DNA of 64,000 nucleotides from a bacterium. GTDB lineage: Bacteria > Bacillota > Clostridia > Christensenellales > DTU072. This document shows, in pieces, positions 1 to 12,556 of the stretch (the first letter of the stretch is position 1; each line of letters begins with the position of its first letter). Made by a program: the position numbers and the translations under genes. The notes beneath the pieces were generated by a model. That model saw only the letters and a program-made list of their open reading frames with translations, was not told the origin of the DNA and did not search any database. Where the stretch lies: contig CAVIQK010000004.1 in assembly GCA_963644945.1 (NCBI GenBank), positions 41,050 to 105,049 of the forward strand, given 5' to 3'.

Positions 1-1233
1 TCGATTTGCTTTGAACCACTCTGTATCTTTAAGTGGCAGTGTACTAACCGAGCAATACACTTTTGTCCCCTCTTTAGTCGAACTTATAATAATATCTCCG
101 TTTAGAGAAGTTGCCTTCTCACTAGATCCGTCCGGAGTCATACTCGGAATATAGACTTGAGAAGTATATATCGCTAGTCTGTCAATGACTTCTTGATGCG
201 GAAAACCATATTTATCTCTTCCCGCAACCCCCGTCATTACGCAAATTTTCGGTTTGATTACCGCAAGCAAAACCGACGTCGTTGCTGTCTTTGAGCCGTG
301 ATGTCCTGCCTTGAAAAGTTCGACTTGCCCGAGATTATTATTCTCGACGAGTTTTTCTTCACCTTTGTCTTCAAGATCACCGGTAAACAAAAAGGTCTTT
401 TCGCCTTGCTTTACATTAAAACAAACCGAATAATCGTTTTCGTTGGACGTTTCATTTTCATAATAATAGTTATACAGAATATTTAGAGTAACATTTTCCC
501 CGAGAGTATAAGACCTCTTGGCGCCGTTTTGGTTGCCCCAACATTCAAGCGCCGTATAGTGGAATGTGTCCTCATCGAGTATGGCATCACGTTTTTGAAC
601 ATACCTATTATATGCAGCCGTAGTTTTGTTGGTCTTAGGGAAGTCTATGATGGTACGGAACTCATATAATTCTAACAAAGACGAATTCGCTTTGCCTGTT
701 CCCGCTAGATTTGCAATATGGTCAAGATCGGCGTGAGTTACGATAAGATACTCAATCACATCGTCGGTAACCCAAGCATCTAAATAACTACATACCGTCG
801 AAAGACAATCGGTAGCACTACCTCCGTCCACCAAAATATCGGTATCGCCGTACTTAATCAAAAAGCAGTCGCCGTCCGCTCCGTTTTTATACTCAAAGAA
901 ATGTATTTGCAATTCCCCGTCGGCAATCGTTCCGCTTGTAGGGAAATCGGCACTTGCGGAAATTGTTCCGCTAGAAGAAGTCCCGCTAGAAGAAGTCCCA
1001 CTGGAAGCCGTTCCGCCACTAGGAGTAGAAGGATTGCTTGATGTCTGCCCTTTAATGTAATCAATAAGAGCATTCGCATCCCAATTGAACTTATACAGTC
1101 CATAAACAGTAATACCGATTATAGCCAAAATTAAAATAAGGACTATCGCAAGTACGATTTTCGGATGTTTCTTTGCGACTTTTACCGCCTTCTTAACTTG
1201 TCTTTTAGTAGGTTTATTGCTTTTCTCTGCCAT
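1..1233 (-). CDS. membrane-anchored MBL-fold metallo-hydrolase (ComEC C-terminal beta-lactamase-like domain family); C-terminus runs off the window
   Basis: Absent from the ORF track because it has no stop in the window. The reverse strand from ATG 1233..1231 stays open for 411 codons to position 1. It has a basic N-terminus plus TM helix IVLAIVLILILAIIGITVYGL and a Ser/Thr/Gly linker (GTSSSGTSSSG). MBL motifs VTHADLDH (about 700-723) and AGHHGS (about 294-311) follow. Confidence 0.75.
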   Translation of the reverse strand, partial: MAEKSNKPTKRQVKKAVKVAKKHPKIVLAIVLILILAIIGITVYGLYKFNWDANALIDYIKGQTSSNPSTPSGGTASSGTSSSGTSSSGTISASADFPTSGTIADGELQIHFFEYKNGADGDCFLIKYGDTDILVDGGSATDCLSTVCSYLDAWVTDDVIEYLIVTHADLDHIANLAGTGKANSSLLELYEFRTIIDFPKTNKTTAAYNRYVQKRDAILDEDTFHYTALECWGNQNGAKRSYTLGENVTLNILYNYYYENETSNENDYSVCFNVKQGEKTFLFTGDLEDKGEEKLVENNNLGQVELFKAGHHGSKTATTSVLLAVIKPKICVMTGVAGRDKYGFPHQEVIDRLAIYTSQVYIPSMTPDGSSEKATSLNGDIIISSTKEGTKVYCSVSTLPLKDTEWFKANR

Positions 1234-1253
1234 ATATTACCTCATAGATAGAT

Positions 1254-1286
1254 CAAAAATATAGCCCGCTCATTGGCGGGCTATAT
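1254..1286 (-). terminator. rho-independent terminator after PFOR
   Basis: An 11-bp perfect stem ATATAGCCCGC/GCGGGCTATAT (1259..1269 with 1276..1286) is followed on the minus strand by a T-run. It lies 13 nt downstream of the PFOR stop. Confidence 0.6.
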
Positions 1287-1298
1287 TGATTTTTAGCC

Positions 1299-4823
<3,525 letters not shown>

Positions 4824-5001
4824 TTAAACGTAATCGTTAATATTATAACTATAACACTTTTAATAGTCAATATTAAAAACAAAATTAAACGGCTATTTTG
4901 TTGAAAGTTTTGCCAAAATAAATTATGATAATAAAACCTAAAACATACAAAATACTTCAACACCTCCGTTTTTCTTTTCATGTCGGACGGATTGTGCTAA
5001 A

Positions 5002-5841
5002 ATGGACGCAATGGAAGATTTTATAAGACTAGAAAACGTATCATACAGTTATCGCTCCGGCGACCAAGAAATGGGCGGAGTAAAAGATGTCAGTTTTTCT
5101 GTAAAGAAAGGCGATTTTGTCGTAGTTTTAGGCAAAAACGGTAGCGGAAAATCTACCGTATCAAAACTCATCAACGGTTTTTTGGTTGCGGACAAAGGCA
5201 AAGTTTTTGTTGACGGCATAGACGTTTCCGACGAAAGCCAAGTATTTGAAATAAGAAAACGTGTCGGCATGGTATTCCAAAATCCCGACAACCAAATGGT
5301 CGCATCCATAATCGAAGACGACATTGCTTTCGGCCCCGAAAATCTAGGAGTTCCGTCCGAAGAAATAAGAGAAAGAGTCGATTGGGCGCTAGATGTCGTA
5401 GGCATGAGCGATTATCGCAATCACACTCCCTTCAAACTTTCAGGCGGACAAAAACAAAGAATTGCCATTGCCGCAATACTTGCGATGATGCCTTCTTGCG
5501 TAATTTTTGACGAGTCCACATCCATGCTTGATCCAAAAGGTCGTGGCGAAGTTTTGGACGTTATCAAAAAACTTAACCGAGAAAAGGGCATGACCGTCGT
5601 TTTAGTCACTCACTATATGGACGAAGCCGTCGATGCCGACAAAATCATAGTAATGGCAGACGGTGCCGTTGTAGGAGTAGGCACACCCCGAGAAATATTC
5701 GGCAACACCGAAATTATCAAAAAGGCCGATATAGATATGCCGGTAGCCACCAAAGTCGCCTATCTTCTAAAAGACGATTTTGATTTAGGCTCCCCCCTAA
5801 CAGACGAAGAATTGGTAGATAAATTATGTCAATTAAAGTAG
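5002..5841 (+). CDS. ecfA: ECF transporter ATPase component EcfA1
   Basis: Walker A GKNGSGKST, signature LSGGQKQR and Walker B VIFDEST are present. It is first in the conserved ecfA-ecfA-ecfT-truA-rplM-rpsI arrangement. The start could instead be the in-frame ATG at 5011. Confidence 0.9.
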   Translation: MDAMEDFIRLENVSYSYRSGDQEMGGVKDVSFSVKKGDFVVVLGKNGSGKSTVSKLINGFLVADKGKVFVDGIDVSDESQVFEIRKRVGMVFQNPDNQMVASIIEDDIAFGPENLGVPSEEIRERVDWALDVVGMSDYRNHTPFKLSGGQKQRIAIAAILAMMPSCVIFDESTSMLDPKGRGEVLDVIKKLNREKGMTVVLVTHYMDEAVDADKIIVMADGAVVGVGTPREIFGNTEIIKKADIDMPVATKVAYLLKDDFDLGSPLTDEELVDKLCQLK

Positions 5842-6680
5842 AGAATCTGACCTTCACATACATGCCGAAAACCCCCTACGAAAAACGTGCCATAGACAAC
5901 GTTTCTTTTACGATACACGAGGGCGAAACCGTAGGCATAATAGGTGCGACAGGTAGCGGAAAATCTACCCTTGTCCAACATTTCAACGCCCTTATAAAAA
6001 TCGAACAAGGTAGCATCGTAGTAGGCGAAATCGACCTATCGAAAAGGAAGTTTGACAAAGTCGCTTTACGCAAAAATATAGGCATGCTTTTCCAATATCC
6101 CGAAATGCAACTTTTTGAAGAAACTTGCGAAAAGGACGTAATGTTCGGACCTCTCAACTTCGGCTTCGATCGTGACACCGCAAAGTCCCTTGCAAAAGAC
6201 GCTATCAATGCAGTAGGACTTGACTACGAAAAGTTCAAAGATAGAGAGCCGTTTTCTCTTTCGGGCGGTGAAAAACGCCGTATAGCAATAGCCGGAATCA
6301 TCGCATCAAAACCCGAAATTTTAGTTCTTGACGAGCCTACTTCGGGACTTGATCCCGTCGGCAAAAGAGAGATGCTAGACCTTATTTTGAGCCTAAAAAA
6401 GTCCTTTGTAAAAACCATCGTTATTATATCGCACAACATGGACGAAATTGCCGAATATACCGACAGAGTTATAGTGATGTCCAACGGGAAAGTTGCCGAC
6501 GATACGACTCCCAAACAATTATTTTCGGGTACCCAAACCGAAAGTTTATCATTAGGACTTCCCCACGTTGCCAAAATATATTCCCTTCTAAAATCTAGGG
6601 GAATTACCCTTCCCGAAGTCCCCTTGACGACCAAAGAATTAGTCGAAGAACTGAGAAATTATTTCGGAGGTAAGTCATGA
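5826..6680 (+). CDS. ecfA: ECF transporter ATPase component EcfA2
   Basis: Walker A GATGSGKST, signature LSGGEKRR and Walker B LVLDEPTSGLD are present. It overlaps ecfA1 by 16 nt. Confidence 0.9.
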   Translation: MSIKVENLTFTYMPKTPYEKRAIDNVSFTIHEGETVGIIGATGSGKSTLVQHFNALIKIEQGSIVVGEIDLSKRKFDKVALRKNIGMLFQYPEMQLFEETCEKDVMFGPLNFGFDRDTAKSLAKDAINAVGLDYEKFKDREPFSLSGGEKRRIAIAGIIASKPEILVLDEPTSGLDPVGKREMLDLILSLKKSFVKTIVIISHNMDEIAEYTDRVIVMSNGKVADDTTPKQLFSGTQTESLSLGLPHVAKIYSLLKSRGITLPEVPLTTKELVEELRNYFGGKS

Positions 6681-7525
6681 TCAAAGACATTACCTTCGGC
6701 CAATACTACCCCGGAAAAAGCATCGTCCACAAAATGGATCCGAGAGCAAAAATAATTTTTGCAATAGCCTACATCGTTGCAGTATTTTTGATAGATTCGT
6801 ATTGGGGATATATCGCCCTTACAGCCTTTCTCGCCCTTATGATTATATGTTCCGGCGTTCCCCTTCGTTCGGTACTCAACAGCCTAAAAACCGTCCTATT
6901 TTTAATATTGATAACGGTAATTCTCAACCTTCTTTTTTATAGAAACGGCACAAAAGTATTTCCGGACTTTCCCCTAATCACTTACGAAGGTCTAGACTTT
7001 ACTCTCAAAATGACATTACGACTTGTCTTACTCATTATGGGTACGTCGATTACCACCCTTACCACCACCCCTATGGCACTGACCGACGGTTTGGAATGGT
7101 TGATGGCACCCCTAAAAGTTGTCAAATTCCCCGTCCACGACATCGCAATTATCATGAGTATTGCCCTAAGACTTATCCCCACGCTTGTTGACGAAATCAA
7201 CAAAATCACAATGGCGCAAAAAGCAAGAGGCGCATCCTTTGACACCGGCAACATTTTCAAAAGAGCAAAAGCCCTTCTTCCTATTTTGATACCCCTTTTC
7301 GTATCGGCATTTTCCAAAGCGGGCGATCTTGCTTTGGCACTTGATGCAAGATGCTACAATGCCACAGAAAAACGCACCAAGATGAAAAAACTCACTTTTT
7401 CTTGGCGAGATCTTTTGGGACTACTTGCTTTCGGCGGACTCATCACCCTTATTGTGTTCCTAAAACAAGGCGGACTGTTATACAACATTTTGCCCAACAT
7501 CAATTTTATTGACTACATATCATGA
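6677..7525 (+). CDS. ecfT: ECF transporter transmembrane T component
   Basis: It is polytopic and has the AQKARGASF coupling-helix motif. An ATGA overlap links it to ecfA2. Confidence 0.88.
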   Translation: MIKDITFGQYYPGKSIVHKMDPRAKIIFAIAYIVAVFLIDSYWGYIALTAFLALMIICSGVPLRSVLNSLKTVLFLILITVILNLLFYRNGTKVFPDFPLITYEGLDFTLKMTLRLVLLIMGTSITTLTTTPMALTDGLEWLMAPLKVVKFPVHDIAIIMSIALRLIPTLVDEINKITMAQKARGASFDTGNIFKRAKALLPILIPLFVSAFSKAGDLALALDARCYNATEKRTKMKKLTFSWRDLLGLLAFGGLITLIVFLKQGGLLYNILPNINFIDYIS

Positions 7526-8256
7526 GATACTTGTTGACGGTCGAATATTTCGGCAAAAATTATGTAGGCTGGCAGTCGCAAATCAACGGAATAGCCGTCC
7601 AAGACGTACTCAATTCCGCATTGTCAAAACTACTTTTAGAAGAAATCAAAACCGAAGGATCGGGAAGGACCGATGCGGGAGTTCATGCAATAGGTCAAGC
7701 CGTCCATTTTGACACCACCAAAAACTTCCCCCCGTCTAGACTCCCGATGGCAGTCAACAGCCTTCTCCCAAAAGACATACGAGTCAAAAAAGCCGAGATC
7801 GTCCCCGACGATTTTCACGTGCGCTACTCCGCCAAAAAGAAAACCTACATATACAAAATGTATGTATCCAGATTTATTTCTCCGGTAAGAGCCGACACCT
7901 ATGTTCAAGTAATCCCCCCGATCGACGTCGAAAAAATGAAAAGAGCCACCGCCGATCTTGTCGGCACTCACGACTTCAAAGCCTTTTCCGCAACGGGTAG
8001 CAAAATTACCGACAACACCACTCGCACCATCTATTCGGCTACGCTTACGGAAAACGACGACGAACTCATCTTCACCATAACAGGCGACGGCTTTTTATAT
8101 AATATGGTAAGAATAATAGTAGGAACTCTTGTATTTATAGGTAAAGGAAAACGCCCCGAAACAGCCATCAAAGATATGCTAGCGACAGGCGACCGCACGC
8201 TAGGCGGCAAAACCTTCCCCGCACAAGGACTCTATCTTCTCTCCGTCAAATATTAG
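7522..8256 (+). CDS. truA: tRNA pseudouridine(38-40) synthase
   Basis: The GRTDAGVHA catalytic Asp motif is present and the protein is 244 aa. It sits in the conserved position after ecfT. Confidence 0.92.
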   Translation: MRYLLTVEYFGKNYVGWQSQINGIAVQDVLNSALSKLLLEEIKTEGSGRTDAGVHAIGQAVHFDTTKNFPPSRLPMAVNSLLPKDIRVKKAEIVPDDFHVRYSAKKKTYIYKMYVSRFISPVRADTYVQVIPPIDVEKMKRATADLVGTHDFKAFSATGSKITDNTTRTIYSATLTENDDELIFTITGDGFLYNMVRIIVGTLVFIGKGKRPETAIKDMLATGDRTLGGKTFPAQGLYLLSVKY

Positions 8257-8406
8257 AAAAATTAAATTCCAATTTTTCCAATACGTCTAGAATTGTTCAT
8301 GATAGAGAAGAAATCGAAAATGTCGCTCCTTGACCGAAAAAGATTGGAAGTTTATGTTCACCACCGCCAAAAATAAATATTTTTACCTATCCGACGCAAA
8401 AAACAG

Positions 8407-8435
8407 TTGACAATGCCCCTTGACTATTATATTAT
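8407..8435 (+). promoter_or_regulatory. sigma-70-type promoter for rplM-rpsI
   Basis: TTGACA (8407..8412), a 17-nt spacer and TATTAT (8430..8435). Confidence 0.55.
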
Positions 8436-8441
8436 AATAAA

Positions 8442-8523
8442 GCATTTTTGTGGAAGGTAAGAAATTAGCCCCTTCTGGTTCCACGAAATCGACAAATAAA
8501 TTATTTTATACGGAGGTCAAGTC
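8442..8523 (+). ncRNA. candidate ribosomal protein L13 (rplM) leader
   Basis: The leader is about 80 nt and lies between the promoter and the GGAGG RBS. It contains the stem GTGGAA(8450..8455)/TTCCAC(8479..8484) and a competing GAAGG/CCTTC pairing. An L13 leader is known upstream of rplM in low-GC Gram-positives. I did not verify its consensus. Confidence 0.3.
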
Positions 8524-8955
8524 ATGAAATCATACATGGCAAAACCCGAAACAGTTGAAAGAAAGTGGTACGTTGTAGATGCGACCGATGTAGTACTCGG
8601 ACGTCTTGCATCCAAAGTCGCAATGATTTTGAGAGGCAAAAACAAACCTACATACACCCCCAACGTTGATACCGGTGACTATGTAATCATCGTCAACTGC
8701 GATAAGGTTAAAATTACAGGTAAAAAATTAGAACAAAAAATATATCGTTATCATACAGGTTACATTGGAGGACTCAAAGAGACTCAATTGAAGACCCTTA
8801 TGGCAACCAAACCCGAATTCGTGGTAAGAGAAGCCGTCAAAGGCATGCTTCCCAAAAACGCACTTGGAAGAGACATGATCGAAAAACTCCATGTTTATTC
8901 CGGAGCCGAACACAAACACGAAGCACAAAAACCCGAAGTTCTCGATTTGAAATAG
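8524..8955 (+). CDS. rplM: 50S ribosomal protein L13
   Basis: 143 aa, with a typical L13 N-terminus (KWYVVDA..VLGRLAS). Confidence 0.97.
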   Translation: MKSYMAKPETVERKWYVVDATDVVLGRLASKVAMILRGKNKPTYTPNVDTGDYVIIVNCDKVKITGKKLEQKIYRYHTGYIGGLKETQLKTLMATKPEFVVREAVKGMLPKNALGRDMIEKLHVYSGAEHKHEAQKPEVLDLK

Positions 8956-8964
8956 AGGTGAATT

Positions 8965-9375
8965 ATGGCAACTAAAAAAGCAACTAAAAAAGTTCAATAT
9001 TGGGGAACAGGCAGAAGAAAGAAAGCCGTTGCAAGAGTTAGACTCATCCCCGGTGGTAGCGGAGTTACCATCAACAAGAGATCCCTCGAAGAATATTTCC
9101 CCATCGATGCACAACAATATATCGTCAACCAACCTTTGACACTCGTCAACGGTCAAGGACAATATGAAGTCCAAGTCAATGTTTACGGTGGTGGCGTATC
9201 AGGTCAAGCCGGTGCAATCCGTCACGGTATAGCAAGAGCCCTTTGCGAAGCAGATCCTTCACTTCGTCCGGCACTTAAATCAGCAGGATTCTTGACAAGA
9301 GATCCTAGAATGAAGGAAAGAAAGAAATACGGTCTTCACAAAGCACGTAAAGCACCGCAATTCTCAAAACGTTAA
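8965..9375 (+). CDS. rpsI: 30S ribosomal protein S9
   Basis: 136 aa, with the C-terminal [11 protein letters not shown] tail typical of S9. Confidence 0.97.
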   Translation: MATKKATKKVQYWGTGRRKKAVARVRLIPGGSGVTINKRSLEEYFPIDAQQYIVNQPLTLVNGQGQYEVQVNVYGGGVSGQAGAIRHGIARALCEADPSLRPALKSAGFLTRDPRMKERKKYGLHKARKAPQFSKR

Positions 9376-9395
9376 TCGTTTACAAGCCGATCAAA

Positions 9396-9425
9396 AGAAG
9401 AACTCATATTGGGTTCTTCTTTTTT
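9396..9425 (+). terminator. rho-independent terminator after rpsI
   Basis: Stem AGAAGAAC/GTTCTTCT followed by TTTTT. Confidence 0.75.
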
Positions 9426-9551
9426 ATATTCGTGCAAAATCTACTATATTTATAATATTGCCAACCTCAAATATAAAATATTTGTCCACATCGTTGAAAA
9501 ATACAAGAATATTGTATATAATATCTATAATATTATTTTAGAGGACTCAAC

Positions 9552-10484
9552 ATGAATAAATCCGTAAAAATAACATTATATGTACTTGGCATACTTGCGT
9601 TTATCGGCATCCTTATTTTACTTGGAGTGAATTACGGAGAGTACGATCTCGCACTTTCCAAGGCTATCGGCAACCCCGACTCGTTCTACGGACAATTTTT
9701 AGCATACTTCGGGGACGGCATCGCCTACATGTTTTTACTGTTTGGGCTTCTTGTAGTTCTTTGCAACATCCCCAAAAACAAGTGGTATTTTGCCCTTTTG
9801 ACAATAGCCCTAATTTTCGTCTGCATGTTTATGACCAACAGATGGTTTGTAAAACACCTCATGACCGAAAACATTTCGCAATCTTCATATAAGTATGTTT
9901 ACATTGTATTTTTATCGGCAGTCGAAACCTTCTTCTTTACAAAAATCTCCACGTTTTTCGACAAAGCCCTCATGAAAAAATGGCTACTGTTTGGCATCTT
10001 TTGTATATTGGTAGTGCTTACTTCCCAACTTATCACTCAAGGTGCAAAACTGTTTTGGTGCCGTCTAAGATTTAGAAACATGAACGAAGCATGCGAAGGC
10101 TTTACTCCTTGGTGGCATCCCAACTGGAACAAATCGGCAGTAGAACAATACGTCGTAGCCGGCTCTCCCCAAATCGACGACTTCTACAAATCTTTCCCGT
10201 CCGGACATACCGCATCGGCGGGAGTGCTGTTTTCGCTCATTTATTTACCCCTTATATATCAAGACTCGGCGAAATGGAAAAAGGTCCTATGTTACCTTAT
10301 TCCGTGGGTGGCGGTCATCGTCATGGCATTTTCCAGAGTGGTCAACGAAGCCCACTTCTTATCCGACACTGTAATCGGTGGCGCAAGTGCGTTTTTCTCT
10401 GCCGTACTTTGGAAATACTTACTACCGAAAATTGCCGACAAAATAAATAAGAAAAGCCAAAATATTGTCAAGGAGACAGTCTAA
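9552..10484 (+). CDS. PAP2-family membrane phosphatase
   Basis: Multiple TM helices. The PAP2 motifs PSGHTASAG and SRVVNEAHFLSD are present. Confidence 0.8.
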   Translation: MNKSVKITLYVLGILAFIGILILLGVNYGEYDLALSKAIGNPDSFYGQFLAYFGDGIAYMFLLFGLLVVLCNIPKNKWYFALLTIALIFVCMFMTNRWFVKHLMTENISQSSYKYVYIVFLSAVETFFFTKISTFFDKALMKKWLLFGIFCILVVLTSQLITQGAKLFWCRLRFRNMNEACEGFTPWWHPNWNKSAVEQYVVAGSPQIDDFYKSFPSGHTASAGVLFSLIYLPLIYQDSAKWKKVLCYLIPWVAVIVMAFSRVVNEAHFLSDTVIGGASAFFSAVLWKYLLPKIADKINKKSQNIVKETV

Positions 10485-12064
10485 TGGAGACAATGTACCA
10501 ATACCTAATCAGATTAGGACTTACCGATCCCGAAGAAACAAAACTTGTTTTTCTAGGTGAAAAAATATCTTCAAAAAAACTACTCGACAGCATTGATAAA
10601 CTAGCATCCTATCTTGGCGAATTAGGTGTCAAAAAAGGCGACTCCGTAGGAGTATGCCTTCCCAATATTCCCCAAGCCGTCGTAGCGATATATGCCATCA
10701 ACAAGATCGGAGCCGTCGTCAATTCGATTCACCCCTTGCTTTCCACCGTAGCGATTGCCGACATTATGAAAAAGACCGACACCAAAATTCTTTTCCTAAT
10801 GGACAGATTTGTCGAGCAACACGAAAAACTCGTCGAAAAAGGCATAACAATTATATCTTGCGCCCCGTCCGACATGCTCACAGGAGTAAGGAAATTTGCC
10901 GTTAGACTGTTTGGTGACGAACTTGTCTCCCAAAACGTCACAAAATTTTCCAAATGTTTCGCATCGACCAAATATGTTCCCACTGCGACCGATCCGGAGT
11001 CCCCTGCCGTCTATCTACATAGCGGTGGCACCGAAGGAGATCCCAAGACTATTGTTCTCAACAGCATTGCCTTCAATTCTCTTGCCGACAATATAATATC
11101 TACCGCATGCTCCGATTACCAATACAACGACAAAGACAGCATGCTCATGATTTTGCCGATATTCCACGGATTCGGACTCGGTGTATCCCTTCATACGATA
11201 ATCACAAGAGGAAGAGTTGTCTTACAACCCGATTTTTCGGTCAAGAAAATGATCAAAAACATCAAAAAATATAAAGTCACTTTCCTTGCAGGGATCCCCC
11301 AAATGTTTAGGAAAATGCTTGACCAAAAGTCATTTAGAGGCAAATATTTATCGTGTCTAAAATTTATTTTCTGCGGTGGCGATCGCTTGCCCGACGACCT
11401 CAAAATTCAATTTGACCAAGTGCTAAAAGAATACGGCTCCACTGCCGAAATTCTCGAAGGCTACGGACTTACCGAAGCCACTACCGTTGTAGCCGTCAAT
11501 CGTCCGGGGAAAGCAAAACTCGGCAGTCAAGGCCAAGCAATAGACGGTGCCGACATTCGCATAATAGACGAAGACGGCAAAGAAGTCAAAAGAGGAATGC
11601 TCGGCGAAATAATCGTCACTTGCCCCTCCAACATGATGGGATATCTAGGGGACGAAGCAGCCACAAAACGCTGTTTTATCGAGTTTGACGGCAAGACTTA
11701 CGTTCATACCGGCGACGTCGGTTATATGGACGACGAAGGATATTTATATTTCAAAGACAGATCAAAACGTGTCATAAAAATAATGGGCGTCAACATTTTC
11801 CCGTCGGAAATCGAAAATATCGTCACCAATCTCCCCGAAGTCGATTCCGCATGCATAGTTCCGGCGATCCTAGACGGCAAACCTTGCACAAAATTGATGG
11901 TAGTCATCAATCCTATGTACAAATACAGCAGTTATATCGAAGATTACATAAAACAACACATCCTCGAAAACACCATAAAATATGCCGTCCCCCGAATTAT
12001 AGAGCCTGTTGCTTCCCTAAAAAAGACACCTGTCGGCAAAATAGACTACAAAGCATACCAATAA
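10484..12064 (+). CDS. AMP-dependent synthetase/ligase (acyl-CoA ligase family)
   Basis: Adenylation motifs HSGGTEGDPKTIV, GYGLTEA and TGDVGYMDDEGYLYFKDRSKRVIK are present. The start overlaps the PAP2 stop by 1 nt (TAATG). Confidence 0.85.
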   Translation: METMYQYLIRLGLTDPEETKLVFLGEKISSKKLLDSIDKLASYLGELGVKKGDSVGVCLPNIPQAVVAIYAINKIGAVVNSIHPLLSTVAIADIMKKTDTKILFLMDRFVEQHEKLVEKGITIISCAPSDMLTGVRKFAVRLFGDELVSQNVTKFSKCFASTKYVPTATDPESPAVYLHSGGTEGDPKTIVLNSIAFNSLADNIISTACSDYQYNDKDSMLMILPIFHGFGLGVSLHTIITRGRVVLQPDFSVKKMIKNIKKYKVTFLAGIPQMFRKMLDQKSFRGKYLSCLKFIFCGGDRLPDDLKIQFDQVLKEYGSTAEILEGYGLTEATTVVAVNRPGKAKLGSQGQAIDGADIRIIDEDGKEVKRGMLGEIIVTCPSNMMGYLGDEAATKRCFIEFDGKTYVHTGDVGYMDDEGYLYFKDRSKRVIKIMGVNIFPSEIENIVTNLPEVDSACIVPAILDGKPCTKLMVVINPMYKYSSYIEDYIKQHILENTIKYAVPRIIEPVASLKKTPVGKIDYKAYQ

Positions 12065-12073
12065 ATTTGAGTA

Positions 12074-12102
12074 TTGAAAAAGGTTTTTGAACATGTTATA
12101 AT
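12074..12102 (+). promoter_or_regulatory. sigma-70-type promoter for spoVG
   Basis: TTGAAA (12074..12079), a 17-nt spacer and TATAAT (12097..12102). An AAGGAG RBS lies downstream. Confidence 0.6.
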
Positions 12103-12133
12103 AATAACAACCTAGTTCAAGGAGTTCAAAAAC

Positions 12134-12403
12134 ATGAATATTACGCAAGTCAAAGTCAAAGTCCTAAAAAGAGAAGACTCCAACTTCAAAGCAGTCGCAA
12201 GCATCACTATTGACGATGCATTTATCGTCCACGACCTAAAACTTATCGAAGGCAAAGACGGATTATTTGTAGTCATGCCCTCCAAGAAGACACCGGACGG
12301 ACAATATAGAGATGTTGCGCATCCTCTACGCACCGAAATAAGAGAACAAATCAATCAAGCAGTCATCGAAGAATATAACAAGATGCTCGAATCGGCAGAA
12401 TAA
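12134..12403 (+). CDS. spoVG: septation/regulatory protein SpoVG
   Basis: 89 aa. The sequence MNITQVKVKV...AVASITIDDAFIVHDLKLIEGKDGLFVVMPS is a characteristic SpoVG sequence. Confidence 0.93.
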   Translation: MNITQVKVKVLKREDSNFKAVASITIDDAFIVHDLKLIEGKDGLFVVMPSKKTPDGQYRDVAHPLRTEIREQINQAVIEEYNKMLESAE

Positions 12404-12461
12404 TATATTTTTCCCCGACAATTTTATAATTTAAGGTTTTACCTTATCATACATGACAAAG

Positions 12462-12488
12462 ATCGTGCGAGGTTTCGTGCGATTTTTT
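12462..12488 (+). terminator. rho-independent terminator after spoVG
   Basis: A 9-bp stem ATCGTGCGA/TCGTGCGAT (two central G-U pairs) with loop GGTT, followed by TTTTTT. Confidence 0.6.
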
Positions 12489-12521
12489 ATTGTTAGACTT
12501 ACCTTTTATTTTCATTAGTCC

Positions 12522-12550
12522 TTGCCTTTTTTAATAATAAGTCGTATAAT
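12522..12550 (+). promoter_or_regulatory. sigma-70-type promoter placed for a leaderless transcript of the 12557 CDS
   Basis: TTGCCT (12522..12527), a 17-nt spacer and TATAAT (12545..12550). The ATG at 12557 begins 7 nt after the -10 box, and there is no Shine-Dalgarno sequence. Confidence 0.45.
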
Positions 12551-12556
12551 AATTAC

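Noticed and set aside
960-1020. Tandem 15-bp DNA repeats (CCGCTAGAAGAAGTC twice, plus degenerate copies) inside the MBL gene.
   Set aside because: They simply encode the low-complexity GTSSS linker between the TM anchor and the catalytic domain. They may vary in length but are not an independent element.
4990-5011. A TGCTAAAAT extended -10-like box immediately abutting the ecfA1 ATG, which could imply a leaderless ecfA1 or a start at 5011.
   Set aside because: There is no convincing -35 box at the right spacing. The 217-nt divergent spacer contains many AT-rich -10-like hexamers. It cannot be distinguished from chance without TSS data.
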